Shown here piece after piece: positions 37,343-54,738 of a DNA stretch of 64,000 bases. A program made the position numbers and the translations under genes. The stretch is from an uncultured Verrucomicrobiae bacterium (GTDB lineage Bacteria > Chlamydiota > Chlamydiia > Chlamydiales > Rhabdochlamydiaceae). The notes under the pieces are model-generated. The model was not told the origin of the DNA. It made no database searches and saw nothing but the letters and a program-made list of their open reading frames with translations. The stretch lies in the NCBI GenBank assembly GCA_963806855.1, contig CAWDYW010000002.1:64001-128000 (forward strand), in the 5' to 3' direction. Each line of letters starts with the position of its first letter. The first letter of the stretch is position 1.

Positions 37343-38041
37343 ATGGCAAAAAGAAGCAAAAGATTTCAACAGATAGATCAATTCGTTGTTGTAGACAAGA
37401 AATATACACTTGATGAAGCTATCGAAATTTTAAAAAAATGTCCACCTGTCAAATTTGACCAATCGGTGGATCTGGCGATTAAAACAGGCATTGATGTGAA
37501 GAAATCGGATCAGCAAGTTCGCGGGACGATCGCTCTTCCACATGGAACAGGAAAGAACCTGCGTGTGCTGGTGTTTGCTCGCGGCGAAAAAATCAAAGAG
37601 GCAGAAGCTGCAGGTGCTGAGTTTGTAGGTGCAGATGAGCTTCTAGAAAAAGTCAAGGGCGGATGGGTCGATTTCGATGCGATCGTCTCAACTCCCGATA
37701 TGATGCGCGAAGTGGGTAAACTCGGTAAGGTTCTCGGACCTCGAGGACTCATGCCGACTCCAAAAGCTGGCACAGTGACAAATGAAATTGGGAAGGCCGT
37801 TAAGGAACTCAAAGCGGGTAAAATCGAGTTTAAAAACGACAAGACCGGAGATATCAATAACCTAGTTGGGAAACTCTCCTTCAGCAAAAAAGATTTGGTC
37901 GAAAATATCGAAGCCTATCTGGCTGCTGTAACGAAAGCAAAACCCTCTTCTGCAAAAGGGAAATTTATCCAGTCGCTCTCAATCTCATCGACAATGGGAC
38001 CAGGATTGAAAGTGGACTTGAGCTCCGTTGCAGGCATTTAA
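37343..38041 (+). CDS. rplA: 50S ribosomal protein L1
   Basis: [36 protein letters not shown]. Confidence 0.97.
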   Translation: MAKRSKRFQQIDQFVVVDKKYTLDEAIEILKKCPPVKFDQSVDLAIKTGIDVKKSDQQVRGTIALPHGTGKNLRVLVFARGEKIKEAEAAGAEFVGADELLEKVKGGWVDFDAIVSTPDMMREVGKLGKVLGPRGLMPTPKAGTVTNEIGKAVKELKAGKIEFKNDKTGDINNLVGKLSFSKKDLVENIEAYLAAVTKAKPSSAKGKFIQSLSISSTMGPGLKVDLSSVAGI

Positions 38042-38050
38042 GGATGAACT

Positions 38051-38566
38051 ATGAGACCAGAAAAGCAATTATTACTAGATGAAATTAAAGATAAGATCGA
38101 TGGATCGACCGCTTTAGTTTTGACTCGCTATGCCAAATTGACCCCCAACGTTTCAGATGGTTTTCGTAGATCGATCTCCGCGGCGGGAGGCTCTTACGCA
38201 GTAGTGAGAAAACGGGTGCTAGTAAAAGCGGCCGAAATAGGTGGAATTACTCTTGATCCCAAGATGTTAAAGGGAAATATTGGAGTGATGTTCCTTTATG
38301 AAGATCCGCTGGCGCCAACCAAAGCACTTTTTAAATTTGCCGATGAGAACAAAGAGACGTTCGAAGTTCTCGCCGGACATTTTGAAGGTAAACTTTGCAG
38401 TGCTGCAGATGTTAAAGCTATTTCCCAGCTTCCATCTCAGGATGTGATGCGAGCCCAATTCCTTGGACTTCTCGAAGCGCCAATGTCGCAAACTTTAGCT
38501 GTAATGGAAGCGTTACTGACAAGTGTCATGTATTGCTTAGAAAACAAAAATAAAGAAGAAATTTAA
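38051..38566 (+). CDS. rplJ: 50S ribosomal protein L10
   Basis: Position between rplA and rplL; MRPEKQLLL, LPSQDVMRAQFLGLL.APM. Confidence 0.93.
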   Translation: MRPEKQLLLDEIKDKIDGSTALVLTRYAKLTPNVSDGFRRSISAAGGSYAVVRKRVLVKAAEIGGITLDPKMLKGNIGVMFLYEDPLAPTKALFKFADENKETFEVLAGHFEGKLCSAADVKAISQLPSQDVMRAQFLGLLEAPMSQTLAVMEALLTSVMYCLENKNKEEI

Positions 38567-38583
38567 CTTTTAAGAGGTAAAAA

Positions 38584-38981
38584 GTGACTACACACGATAT
38601 TGAACATTTAGTAGAAGCATTAAGCAAATTAGCGTACTCGATATGTCAAAACTGAAGACACCTCTCGAAGATAAATGGGGAGTCAAAGCCGCTGCAGCAG
38701 CACCAGTGATGATGGCAGCTGCCCCTGCGGCGGGCGGTGGAGCCGCAGCAGCAGCAGAATCGACAGAATTTAAAGTGATGCTCGAAGCTGTGCCTGCTGA
38801 CAAGAAAATCTGGGTCATTAAAGTCGTCCGTGAAATCACAGGACTTGGACTTAAAGAAGCGAAAGATCTCGTGGATGGAGCTCCTAAAGTACTGAAAGAG
38901 ACTTGCCCTAAAGCTGAAGCAGATGAAATCTCTAAGAAGATTGCTGAAGCTGGTGGAAAAGCCACGCTTAAAGGACTTTAA
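38584..38981 (+). CDS. rplL: 50S ribosomal protein L7/L12 (5' frameshift)
   Basis: Ala-rich hinge, [22 protein letters not shown] start at 38584. Confidence 0.93.
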
Positions 38982-39006
38982 GCCTAGATTTTTACACAGT
39001 TTATGT

Positions 39007-39035
39007 GAGCAGAAGACCAAAAGTGTCTTCTGCTC
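39007..39035 (+). terminator. Hairpin (attenuator/terminator-like) between rplL and rpoB
   Basis: gagcagaagac / gtcttctgctc perfect 11-bp stem. Confidence 0.6.
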
Positions 39036-39078
39036 GTTGTCGTTTATTGATTAAACCTTTATCTGAGGAGCTAATTCA

Positions 39079-47071
<7,993 letters not shown>

Positions 47072-47093
47072 TCGCTACTCCAACCTGTAAACT

Positions 47094-47126
47094 AAAAAAA
47101 GCCTTAACTTAGTTAAGGCTTTTTTT
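47094..47126. terminator. Intrinsic terminator after rpoC
   Basis: aaaaaaagccttaact-t-agttaaggcttttttt. Confidence 0.85.
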
Positions 47127-47194
47127 ATTCGGGTCAAAAAAGCAGTGGCGAGAAAAATGAAAGACTGATATAATCAACCGATTAAAATTAAACA

Positions 47195-48628
47195 ATGGGG
47201 CATGCTATTATGATTACTTCACCAGGTTTTAATGTACCTAAAAGCTCCCTAATGGAAGCTGTGCAAAATTCAATATTATGGAGTAGTTTGTCCCAAGCAG
47301 AACAGGAGCAAGGGGTTCATCCTGCAAAAATGACAGCTTTAAAATTTGATATCGACGAAAGTGCGTTGTCAGGCGAGTTGCTTCATAAATTGCGCCGTTT
47401 TTTTGTAGGGTGCAGACTTGCCGCATCGGATTCCGATTTTTTTTCGAAATCAATTCTTATGCTTCATTCAAATGATCAATTACTTCTTCCTATTAAGACA
47501 ATCATGGAGAGCGTTCTTATGGCTCAAATGCCTAAAGAAGATCAGCATATAACAGATGCCCGCCTTCATTTTGAAGTCCTGAATCGTAGCGGCGCTAATG
47601 ACGAATATCAAGCAAAATTAGCTGGTATTTATAGTCAGTTAGTTGAAGAAAAAATGTGTTATCTCATGCATCCTGCACGACGCTTTGAGCTTGTCGAATA
47701 CTTGGGGGCTACATTTCCAGATGCCGAGCTCGCAGCAGACCGACTTATTACATATCGTTGCTTCGGAACTTCTGCGCTTAGAAAATCAGAAATAGAACGT
47801 ACTCTTCAAAAGCATACGGAAGAGTTGGAACATGTTGAGAGGAAGCTTTCTACTTTGTTTGAAAATGGACCCAATTTGATCACCAGACCGATGGGACTTC
47901 AAGAAGAGGCTTTAGTTTGTATACCTGATGAGCTCTGTAGAAAATATGTTTGTCTTGCTTATAAAGCCCTAGCATTGCAGGGAAAGTTGGATTGTCTGGA
48001 TCTTCCTGATGAAGTGCTTTACAAATATCAAGGGGGCCATGATGGAATAGTTCACCCTAACTTAGCTCCTTTCGCAGAGGCTTATTATAACGGCTCATTT
48101 CCATCCAACCACTTTGGCACAGTTGTCACATATTTAAAAACACTCAGAAACAACGATCTGAATGATCTTATCGAAACTTGTCTAAATGAAGAGAAGGGAA
48201 GGCTACGCAGCTTAATTGATTTCGATAAAAACTTTTATTTAGAAAGAACAAATGTGAGTTATCAAAACCAACTGAGGCTACTTGGGAAGAAACCTGAAGA
48301 TTACAGTCCTGGCGATTTTTCATTTTTAAGTGATCCTTCAGATATTCGGGCGCTTACCGATACTTTTAATGCAGTTGATAGACTCAAAGAGTGGCCATTT
48401 TTTGACATCGAGCCACCAGAAAATAAGGGTTATCAGCGCTGGAAGCACCCTACAATTAATAAAATTCTCTCGGAAATTGGGCATTATGACCATACTGGCA
48501 GAAGTATGGAGGCCACATTCCGTACGATGCGGAGCGTCCGTAAAAAAGGATGGAATGTTGTAGTGCGTGAAAGTATCGAGGATCGGACCAAAACAGCCGG
48601 GGCTTTGAATCGCGCTCAAAGATCGTGA
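47195..48628 (+). CDS. Hypothetical protein (477 aa), candidate effector
   Basis: Long AT-rich ORF with its own extended -10 (TGATATAAT at 47166-47174) and terminator. Confidence 0.8.
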   Translation: MGHAIMITSPGFNVPKSSLMEAVQNSILWSSLSQAEQEQGVHPAKMTALKFDIDESALSGELLHKLRRFFVGCRLAASDSDFFSKSILMLHSNDQLLLPIKTIMESVLMAQMPKEDQHITDARLHFEVLNRSGANDEYQAKLAGIYSQLVEEKMCYLMHPARRFELVEYLGATFPDAELAADRLITYRCFGTSALRKSEIERTLQKHTEELEHVERKLSTLFENGPNLITRPMGLQEEALVCIPDELCRKYVCLAYKALALQGKLDCLDLPDEVLYKYQGGHDGIVHPNLAPFAEAYYNGSFPSNHFGTVVTYLKTLRNNDLNDLIETCLNEEKGRLRSLIDFDKNFYLERTNVSYQNQLRLLGKKPEDYSPGDFSFLSDPSDIRALTDTFNAVDRLKEWPFFDIEPPENKGYQRWKHPTINKILSEIGHYDHTGRSMEATFRTMRSVRKKGWNVVVRESIEDRTKTAGALNRAQRS

Positions 48629-48646
48629 ATTTCGGTATACCCAACT

Positions 48647-48684
48647 AAAAAAGCCTTAACTTTTAAGAAGTTAAGGCTTTTTTT
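48647..48684. terminator. Intrinsic terminator, near-copy of the post-rpoC terminator
   Basis: aaaaaagccttaactt-ttaag-aagttaaggcttttttt. Confidence 0.85.
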
Positions 48685-48688
48685 ATAA

Positions 48689-48717
48689 TTGCATTTTATT
48701 GGCCGTTTTGCTAAAAT
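48689..48717 (+). promoter_or_regulatory. sigma66-type promoter for the LRR gene
   Basis: TTGCAT-17 bp-TAAAAT with extended TG. Confidence 0.55.
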
Positions 48718-48746
48718 ATTAGTTAATAATAACCAAGGAGTTCTAA

Positions 48747-49622
48747 ATGTCCGCCGTTTCTATGAATGCACCCGCCGGTGCCGGTCCCATCCTCAACAAC
48801 AACAATAACAATCCAATGCCCCTACAGCAGGCCAAAGATATTCTCTATGTTTGGGGAACATTAGATAAACAAGATTTAATGGAGGGGTTGGATGATAATC
48901 AGATTATTAGAAAGGCCGAAGAGTTTAACAAATGGTTTGATAATAATTATAATAATCTAGTTAATATAACAAGTTTAGATCTTCATGTTAGTTACGGTAC
49001 CCACAGGCTTACTTCTTTGCCCCCGCAAATTTTCAGACTCGTTAACCTCAAATCCCTTTATATTTATGGTCACTCATTAAAGGAAGTCTCAGATGAGATT
49101 TCTAATTTAACTAAATTAGAAAAATTGGATCTTGGTAATAATGAGCTTGAATCTATTTCAGGAAAAATTGGGAGTTTGATAAATCTCACCCATCTAAGTC
49201 TTATGCATAATCCAATGTGTGAGAAGTCCGAATCTTTTCCAAAAGAGATGATTTCACTCAAAAAACTGAAAAATTTTGATTGTTCACGGAAATATAGGCA
49301 GCCTCCTCTTGTTCCAGCTTGGGTAAATCAAACGAATTTTCCTGACCTACTTTCTATCGATTCAATGCATACAGGTGATATGTGTTGGTTAACTTCTGAT
49401 AGACTTTCCTGGGGAAATTGGCTTGCAGCAAATAAAATATCCCTGATTGCACTTATCGGCCTTCCAGCTCTGGGTCTTTATATGGCAGATCTCAATTGGT
49501 CGAATGCCCGTGATAGATATATTCAAGAGCTGACTACCGATCGAACATTCCAAATGCTTCATGGAGCTTTGGTTACCTTAGGTGCCCTACTACTATTTAA
49601 GAAGCCAAACGCTGCAAACTAA
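48747..49622 (+). CDS. Leucine-rich repeat protein with C-terminal hydrophobic segments (candidate effector)
   Basis: LTSLPPQIFRLVNLKSLYI, ISNLTKLEKLDLGNNELESI, IGSLINLTHLSLMHNP; AAGGAG RBS. Confidence 0.88.
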   Translation: MSAVSMNAPAGAGPILNNNNNNPMPLQQAKDILYVWGTLDKQDLMEGLDDNQIIRKAEEFNKWFDNNYNNLVNITSLDLHVSYGTHRLTSLPPQIFRLVNLKSLYIYGHSLKEVSDEISNLTKLEKLDLGNNELESISGKIGSLINLTHLSLMHNPMCEKSESFPKEMISLKKLKNFDCSRKYRQPPLVPAWVNQTNFPDLLSIDSMHTGDMCWLTSDRLSWGNWLAANKISLIALIGLPALGLYMADLNWSNARDRYIQELTTDRTFQMLHGALVTLGALLLFKKPNAAN

Positions 49623-49631
49623 AAGGAAAAT

Positions 49632-50204
49632 ATGCTGGATGTAACTCAAAAAATTCATGAGGCTGATCTTCAAGGGGCTTTAACGACAGCCCTTCTCTCA
49701 GTCAATAATGGGGCCGATTACTCTGTAAGTGTAGATGAAAAGAAAGAGCTTAAGGCCAATCAGCCTATCCATCTAGTGCTCAAACAGGATGGGGTGACGG
49801 TCCCGATTGGGATTACCCATTTTGCTGAACTGACCGAGGATTTCGATGAGGTCCCTTTTGAAAAGACGGCTCGGACAATCGATCAATTGACCAAATCAAT
49901 CCTCAAGGCCGTTCAAATCCATAATGAAGCAAAAACCAACCGAGATGTGATCATCACAGCTGCGGGCACTCCCTTTTTTAAGAAGGGGATCAATATTGAA
50001 ATCCGCGATGGCATTTTATTCATCGAAGGTCGGCAAATCACATTCAAAGGAGAGCCATTTCTCGCAAGTCGTTTATGCGGTGAAGAAGGAATTTCTTTTA
50101 GACGGACTGCAGAGGGTGACTTTGAAACGGTCAATCCTATCGATCGACGTAAGGGCAAAGGGATCTTTTTTAATAAAAATACCGGCGAGATCTATCGTAA
50201 ATGA
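49632..50204 (+). CDS. Hypothetical protein
   Basis: 190-aa ORF with AAGGA RBS, 9 bp after the LRR gene; no recognised motif. Confidence 0.7.
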   Translation: MLDVTQKIHEADLQGALTTALLSVNNGADYSVSVDEKKELKANQPIHLVLKQDGVTVPIGITHFAELTEDFDEVPFEKTARTIDQLTKSILKAVQIHNEAKTNRDVIITAAGTPFFKKGINIEIRDGILFIEGRQITFKGEPFLASRLCGEEGISFRRTAEGDFETVNPIDRRKGKGIFFNKNTGEIYRK

Positions 50205-50268
50205 TTGGCGCCCCCCCCTTGTTTCTTTTTCCCTGATCGATTAACATTATTCCAACCAATCAATCACT

Positions 50269-51192
50269 ATGTCTATTTTATCTGTCCGCGAACTCCGGAA
50301 AGTTTATCCGGGTAAGAAACCCTTCACCGCTGTCGATGGGATTTCCTTTGAATTGAAACAGGGGGAGATCCTCGGGTTGCTGGGCCTCAATGGCGCTGGC
50401 AAAACGACGACGATTCAAATGCTGATGAGCACCCTCAAGCCCACTTCTGGAAAGATCCTCTACTTCGGCAAGGACTTTGTCAAACACAGAAGTGAGATTC
50501 TGCAGCAGGTGGTCTTCGCTAGCACCTATGTCAGTCTGCCGTGGAACCTGTCAGTGCGGCAGAATCTCGAAGTATTTGGCCGTCTCTTTTCGATCCAGCC
50601 GGCTGTTTATCGAAAAAGGCGGGATCAGCTGCTCGAGCGATTTGGGATCACTGATAAGCTTGAGGGACGTGTCTCTAACCTTTCATCGGGGCAGATCACC
50701 CGTTTGATGCTCGTCAAGGCGTTTATGGTGAATCCGAAGATCGTCCTGCTCGATGAGCCGACCGCCTCGCTCGACATCGAAATCGCCAAAGATGTGGTCG
50801 ACTTCATTTTGGAGCAGCAAAAGCAAGAGGGGACATCGATCCTCTACACCTCGCACAATATGGCTGAGGTGAGCGAAGTGTGCGATCGGGTGCTGTTCCT
50901 CAAGAAGGGGAAAATCATCGCCGATGATGTGCCTCAAAATTTGGCCAAGGCGGCAGCGAAGAGCAGAGTCGAGCTAGTCATTACGGATGAGATGGAGAGC
51001 GCAGTGAAGATTGCCAAGCAGCTCCATTTGGAGGCGCAGTGCGATCATCGGACGATCTCCCTAGAGCTCGATGAGGCGCAAATTGCCCATTTCTTATCGG
51101 CACTCGCTGCGGCTAAGGTGATCTATTCGGGAATCAACATCATTCAACCCACTTTGGAAGACTTCTTTCTAAAAGTATCGGAGGAGTCATGA
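50269..51192 (+). CDS. ABC-2 type transporter, ATP-binding subunit
   Basis: GLNGAGKTT, LSSGQ, LLDEPT, TSH. Confidence 0.95.
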   Translation: MSILSVRELRKVYPGKKPFTAVDGISFELKQGEILGLLGLNGAGKTTTIQMLMSTLKPTSGKILYFGKDFVKHRSEILQQVVFASTYVSLPWNLSVRQNLEVFGRLFSIQPAVYRKRRDQLLERFGITDKLEGRVSNLSSGQITRLMLVKAFMVNPKIVLLDEPTASLDIEIAKDVVDFILEQQKQEGTSILYTSHNMAEVSEVCDRVLFLKKGKIIADDVPQNLAKAAAKSRVELVITDEMESAVKIAKQLHLEAQCDHRTISLELDEAQIAHFLSALAAAKVIYSGINIIQPTLEDFFLKVSEES

Positions 51193-51971
51193 GTTTTGGA
51201 AGGATTCGGGCGATTTTCTTGCGCTATTTCTACTACTTTGGGAAGTTCGACCATTTGTCGGAGATATTCTACTGGCCGACCATCGACATTTTCCTATGGG
51301 GGATGATGAGCGTGTGGGTGCAAGGTGAATCGGGGCCTAACTCTGATGTCGCTCTGCTCATTTTAACTGGACTGGTGTTTTGGCAGGTGATCTGGCGCGG
51401 CAGCTATGAAATCACGATGAACATGTTGCAAGAGTTTTGGAACCGCAATCTCGTCAACCTCTTTTCCACTCCCCTCAAGCTCAGTGAATGGATGGCGGCG
51501 ACGATGCTGACGAGCTTCGCCAAGATTTTAATCACATTGTCCTTTTCTTCTGGCCTGGTCTGGCTGCTTTATTCGCTCAACATCTTTAAGTTGGGGTTCG
51601 CGATTATCCCTTTTATTGCCATGCTGACAGTTTCAGGTTGGATGATTGGCTATTTGTCGGCCGGAATTATCGTCTATTTTGGCCAAAGGTATCAGATGCT
51701 GGCCTGGATGATGCCGTTTGTTTTTGCCCCCTTTAGCGCCGTTTTTTACCCCCTCTCCGCCCTCCCATCTTGGGGGCAATTCATTGCCAAGGGTCTCCCG
51801 ATGACCTATATCTTCCAAGGGATGCGGCACGCGCTTGAGACTGGGATTTTCTCAATGGAGATGTTCTGGATGAGCGCGGCCCTCAATGGGCTTTTTCTGA
51901 TCTTCACCATGACCTTTTTTAAGGTGATGTTCGAGCGAAGCAGAAATAAGGGGCTCGCTCGATTAGAATAA
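51189..51971 (+). CDS. ABC-2 type transporter, permease
   Basis: About six TM helices, VFYPLSALPSW; ATGA overlap with the ATPase. Confidence 0.92.
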   Translation: MSFGRIRAIFLRYFYYFGKFDHLSEIFYWPTIDIFLWGMMSVWVQGESGPNSDVALLILTGLVFWQVIWRGSYEITMNMLQEFWNRNLVNLFSTPLKLSEWMAATMLTSFAKILITLSFSSGLVWLLYSLNIFKLGFAIIPFIAMLTVSGWMIGYLSAGIIVYFGQRYQMLAWMMPFVFAPFSAVFYPLSALPSWGQFIAKGLPMTYIFQGMRHALETGIFSMEMFWMSAALNGLFLIFTMTFFKVMFERSRNKGLARLE

Positions 51972-53858
51972 CTGCTTAAAGACCATCGTCGAAAGGGGTG
52001 GCAGCGTCGCGGTGAAAAGATGAGCGTTGGAGTCCGGTTTAGCTTCGATCGTTTGGTAGCGCCAGATATTGGTGCCTCCATATTCGGCGGCATCGCTGTT
52101 GAAGATCTCTTTCCAATGGCCACCCCGATTGAGGCCTAGAGTGTAATTTTCTCTCGGCATGGGGGTGAAGTTACAGATGACCAGCAGGACTTCATTTGAT
52201 ATAGGATCTTTGCGATAGAATGAGAGGACGCTGTTGTCGCTATCGTACATGTTGACCCATTCGAAACATTCCCAAGTAATCTCGAGGTTGTGGAGCGCTT
52301 TTTCATTCCGGTAGAGGAAATTGAGGTCGTGGAGAATTCTCTTGATCCCTTGGTGCCGGTCAAAGGCAAGCAGGTGCCAATCCAAGGAGGTCTCATGGTT
52401 CCATTCGTTCCATTGGCCGATCTCGGCCCCCATGAAGAGCAATTTTTTCCCCGGGTGAGTGAACATGTAGCTATAGAGGAGGCGCAGATTGGCGAACTTC
52501 TGCCACTCGTCACCGGGCATCTTGTTGAGGAGCGATCGCTTCCCGTAGACCACTTCATCGTGGGAAAGGGAGAGGATGAAATTTTCACTGAAGAGATAGT
52601 ACAAATTAAACAAAAGGGTCCCGTGATGATATTTGCGGTGGACCGGATCTTTGGAAAAGTACTCAAGGGTATCATGCATCCACCCCATATTCCATTTGAG
52701 GCCAAAGCCAAGCCCGCCGACCGAAGTGGGTCGGGAGACCATCGGCCAGGCGGTTGACTCTTCGGCGATCATCTGGATGTAGGGGAATGAGGCGTAGACA
52801 TATTCGTTGAGCTGTTTGAGGAAGGAGATCGCTTCGAGATTTTCGTGGCCGCCAAAGACATTAGGGATCCACTCATTGGCTGGACGAGCATAGTCGAGGT
52901 AGAGCATCGAGGAGACCGCATCGACGCGGAGCCCATCGAGATGGTACTTTTGCAACCAAAAAACGGCGCTGCTGATCAAAAAGGAGCGGACCTCATTGCG
53001 CCCGTAGTTGAAGATGTAGCTTTTCCACTCAGGGTGGAAGCCTTTGCGCGGGTCAGCATGCTCATAGAGGGCTGTCCCGTCGAAGTAGGCCAAGCCGTGC
53101 AGGTCGGAGGGGAAATGGGAAGGGACCCAATCGAGGATGACGGCGATCTCATGCTGATGGAGCTTGTCGATTAGATACATGAAATCTTGGGGGGTGCCGT
53201 AGCGCTTGCTCGGGGCGAAATAACCGATTTGCTGATAGCCCCAGGAGCCGTAGAATGGGTGTTCCATCAGCGGCATGAATTCGACATGGGTAAAGCCCAT
53301 CTCGCTGAGATATTTCGGCAGGATCTCCGCCATCTCCCGGTAGGTGAGCGACTGGTTGTGCTCTTTCCGCTGCCACGAGCCAAAGTGGATTTCATAGATC
53401 GAAATCGGAGCGGAGAATGCATTCTTTTCTCCCCGAATCGCATCCCAATTGGCATCTTTCCACTGGTAGTCGAGATTCCAGACGATGGAGGCGGTTCGTG
53501 GGGGCTCCTCCCAAGAGATGGCGAATGGATCTCCCTTTTCCGCTTCGAAGTTTGGAGATTTAATCAGATACTTATAGACCGCCCCTTCTTTGACACCCGA
53601 GATGAACCCTTCCCAGATTCCGGAACTATCCCAGCGGACAAACAGGGGATGAGAAGTGCGGTTCCACCCGTTAAAATCGCCGATGACATTTACCTGAGTG
53701 GCGTTGGGAGCCCAGACAGCAAAATAGGTCCCCTCCACGCCATTTACGGTCATAGGGCGGGAGCCGAGCTTTTCGTAGAGGCGAAAGTGGGAGCCCTGCT
53801 TAAAAAGGAAGATGTCGACATCCGTAATGATGGTATGGGGGATAGATTCGGTGTTCAT
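51963..53858 (-). CDS. glgB: 1,4-alpha-glucan branching enzyme
   Basis: FAVWAPNA, IYEIHFGSW, SWGYQ, DWVPSHF, GLRVDAVSSMLY, AEEST, LSHDEVV. Confidence 0.97.
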   Translation of the reverse strand: MNTESIPHTIITDVDIFLFKQGSHFRLYEKLGSRPMTVNGVEGTYFAVWAPNATQVNVIGDFNGWNRTSHPLFVRWDSSGIWEGFISGVKEGAVYKYLIKSPNFEAEKGDPFAISWEEPPRTASIVWNLDYQWKDANWDAIRGEKNAFSAPISIYEIHFGSWQRKEHNQSLTYREMAEILPKYLSEMGFTHVEFMPLMEHPFYGSWGYQQIGYFAPSKRYGTPQDFMYLIDKLHQHEIAVILDWVPSHFPSDLHGLAYFDGTALYEHADPRKGFHPEWKSYIFNYGRNEVRSFLISSAVFWLQKYHLDGLRVDAVSSMLYLDYARPANEWIPNVFGGHENLEAISFLKQLNEYVYASFPYIQMIAEESTAWPMVSRPTSVGGLGFGLKWNMGWMHDTLEYFSKDPVHRKYHHGTLLFNLYYLFSENFILSLSHDEVVYGKRSLLNKMPGDEWQKFANLRLLYSYMFTHPGKKLLFMGAEIGQWNEWNHETSLDWHLLAFDRHQGIKRILHDLNFLYRNEKALHNLEITWECFEWVNMYDSDNSVLSFYRKDPISNEVLLVICNFTPMPRENYTLGLNRGGHWKEIFNSDAAEYGGTNIWRYQTIEAKPDSNAHLFTATLPPLSTMVFKQLF

Positions 53859-53918
53859 AGTTTACCTATAAATCAAAAGCCGGAGCAATTCAAGAAAATA
53901 GTTGTCATTATTATGTAA

Positions 53919-53948
53919 TTGAAAAAAAAGCGAGTTTTATGTTATAAT
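53919..53948 (+). promoter_or_regulatory. sigma66-type promoter for the U-box gene
   Basis: TTGAAA-18 bp-TATAAT with extended TG. Confidence 0.55.
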
Positions 53949-53967
53949 CTAATAAAAAGGATATAAA

Positions 53968-54621
53968 ATGACATGTAAAGTTCAATGGAATCCCATTGCA
54001 AATATGCCTATCTTTATTTGCACAGATGGAGAAGAATTTATTACCGATTCCCAAATAGATGCGCTAACTCAAAAGCACGTGCAAATTGCAGTGATTCTCG
54101 GCGCACTGGCTATCCCAGCTTTTCTTATCTACAAGGCTTACCGTTTTGCCAATCCTATCCGTGTACAGAATTTGGGTGGACTTAGAGTTGTGGTGGTGGA
54201 ACGTCCTAATACCCACTTAAAGGCTATGAAGCTGCGGGAGAAAATCGAGAATGGGGCCGATTTGGATATTACCGATCAAAGAGATAAGCCTCTTAGAAGC
54301 TATTCTACAGTCGGATTAATGGAACCGCCAAAAGGTCTGATCCTTCCTGATCAAATACCAGAGGAGTTTGAAAATGATGAGACTTATCCAAAGTACGTTT
54401 GTCCTCTCACGCAGTGTTTGATCCGCTTTCCCCGTTTAGACCCGACGGATGGGACGACCCTTTATGAACAAAGTGCAATTGAGCATCATTTGGAAGAAGC
54501 CAAGACATCTCCTATGACAAGGGATCCTCTCACTGAGGATGACTTAGTCGAAGTTCCGAATATTGCCCGTTACATCAAGATGAGGCTCTTTCAATATCAC
54601 AAGGAAACAAGGCCAAAGTAG
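53968..54621 (+). CDS. U-box domain protein with an N-terminal TM helix (eukaryote-like E3 ubiquitin ligase candidate)
   Basis: YVCPLTQCLIRFP....DGTTLYEQSAIEHHL....TSPMTRDPL....LV..PNIARYI. Confidence 0.85.
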   Translation: MTCKVQWNPIANMPIFICTDGEEFITDSQIDALTQKHVQIAVILGALAIPAFLIYKAYRFANPIRVQNLGGLRVVVVERPNTHLKAMKLREKIENGADLDITDQRDKPLRSYSTVGLMEPPKGLILPDQIPEEFENDETYPKYVCPLTQCLIRFPRLDPTDGTTLYEQSAIEHHLEEAKTSPMTRDPLTEDDLVEVPNIARYIKMRLFQYHKETRPK

Positions 54622-54642
54622 ATTACATCATTCATCTTTTTT

Positions 54643-54729
54643 CAACGCAAAGACACGAAGGCGCAAAGACGCAAAAAAAAATTATTTTTTCTTTTTCCTG
54701 CGTCTTTGCGCCTTTGCGTCTTTGCGTTG
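54643..54729. repeat. REP-like inverted repeat (31-bp arms built from cgcaaag units) between convergent genes
   Basis: caacgcaaagacacgaaggcgcaaagacgca / tgcgtctttgcgcctttgcgtctttgcgttg, 2 mismatches. Confidence 0.88.
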
Positions 54730-54738
54730 TAAATTGCC

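Noticed and set aside
48794..48812. aac/aat microsatellite as a phase-variation switch
   Set aside because: Triplet unit keeps the frame and the tract is short and imperfect.
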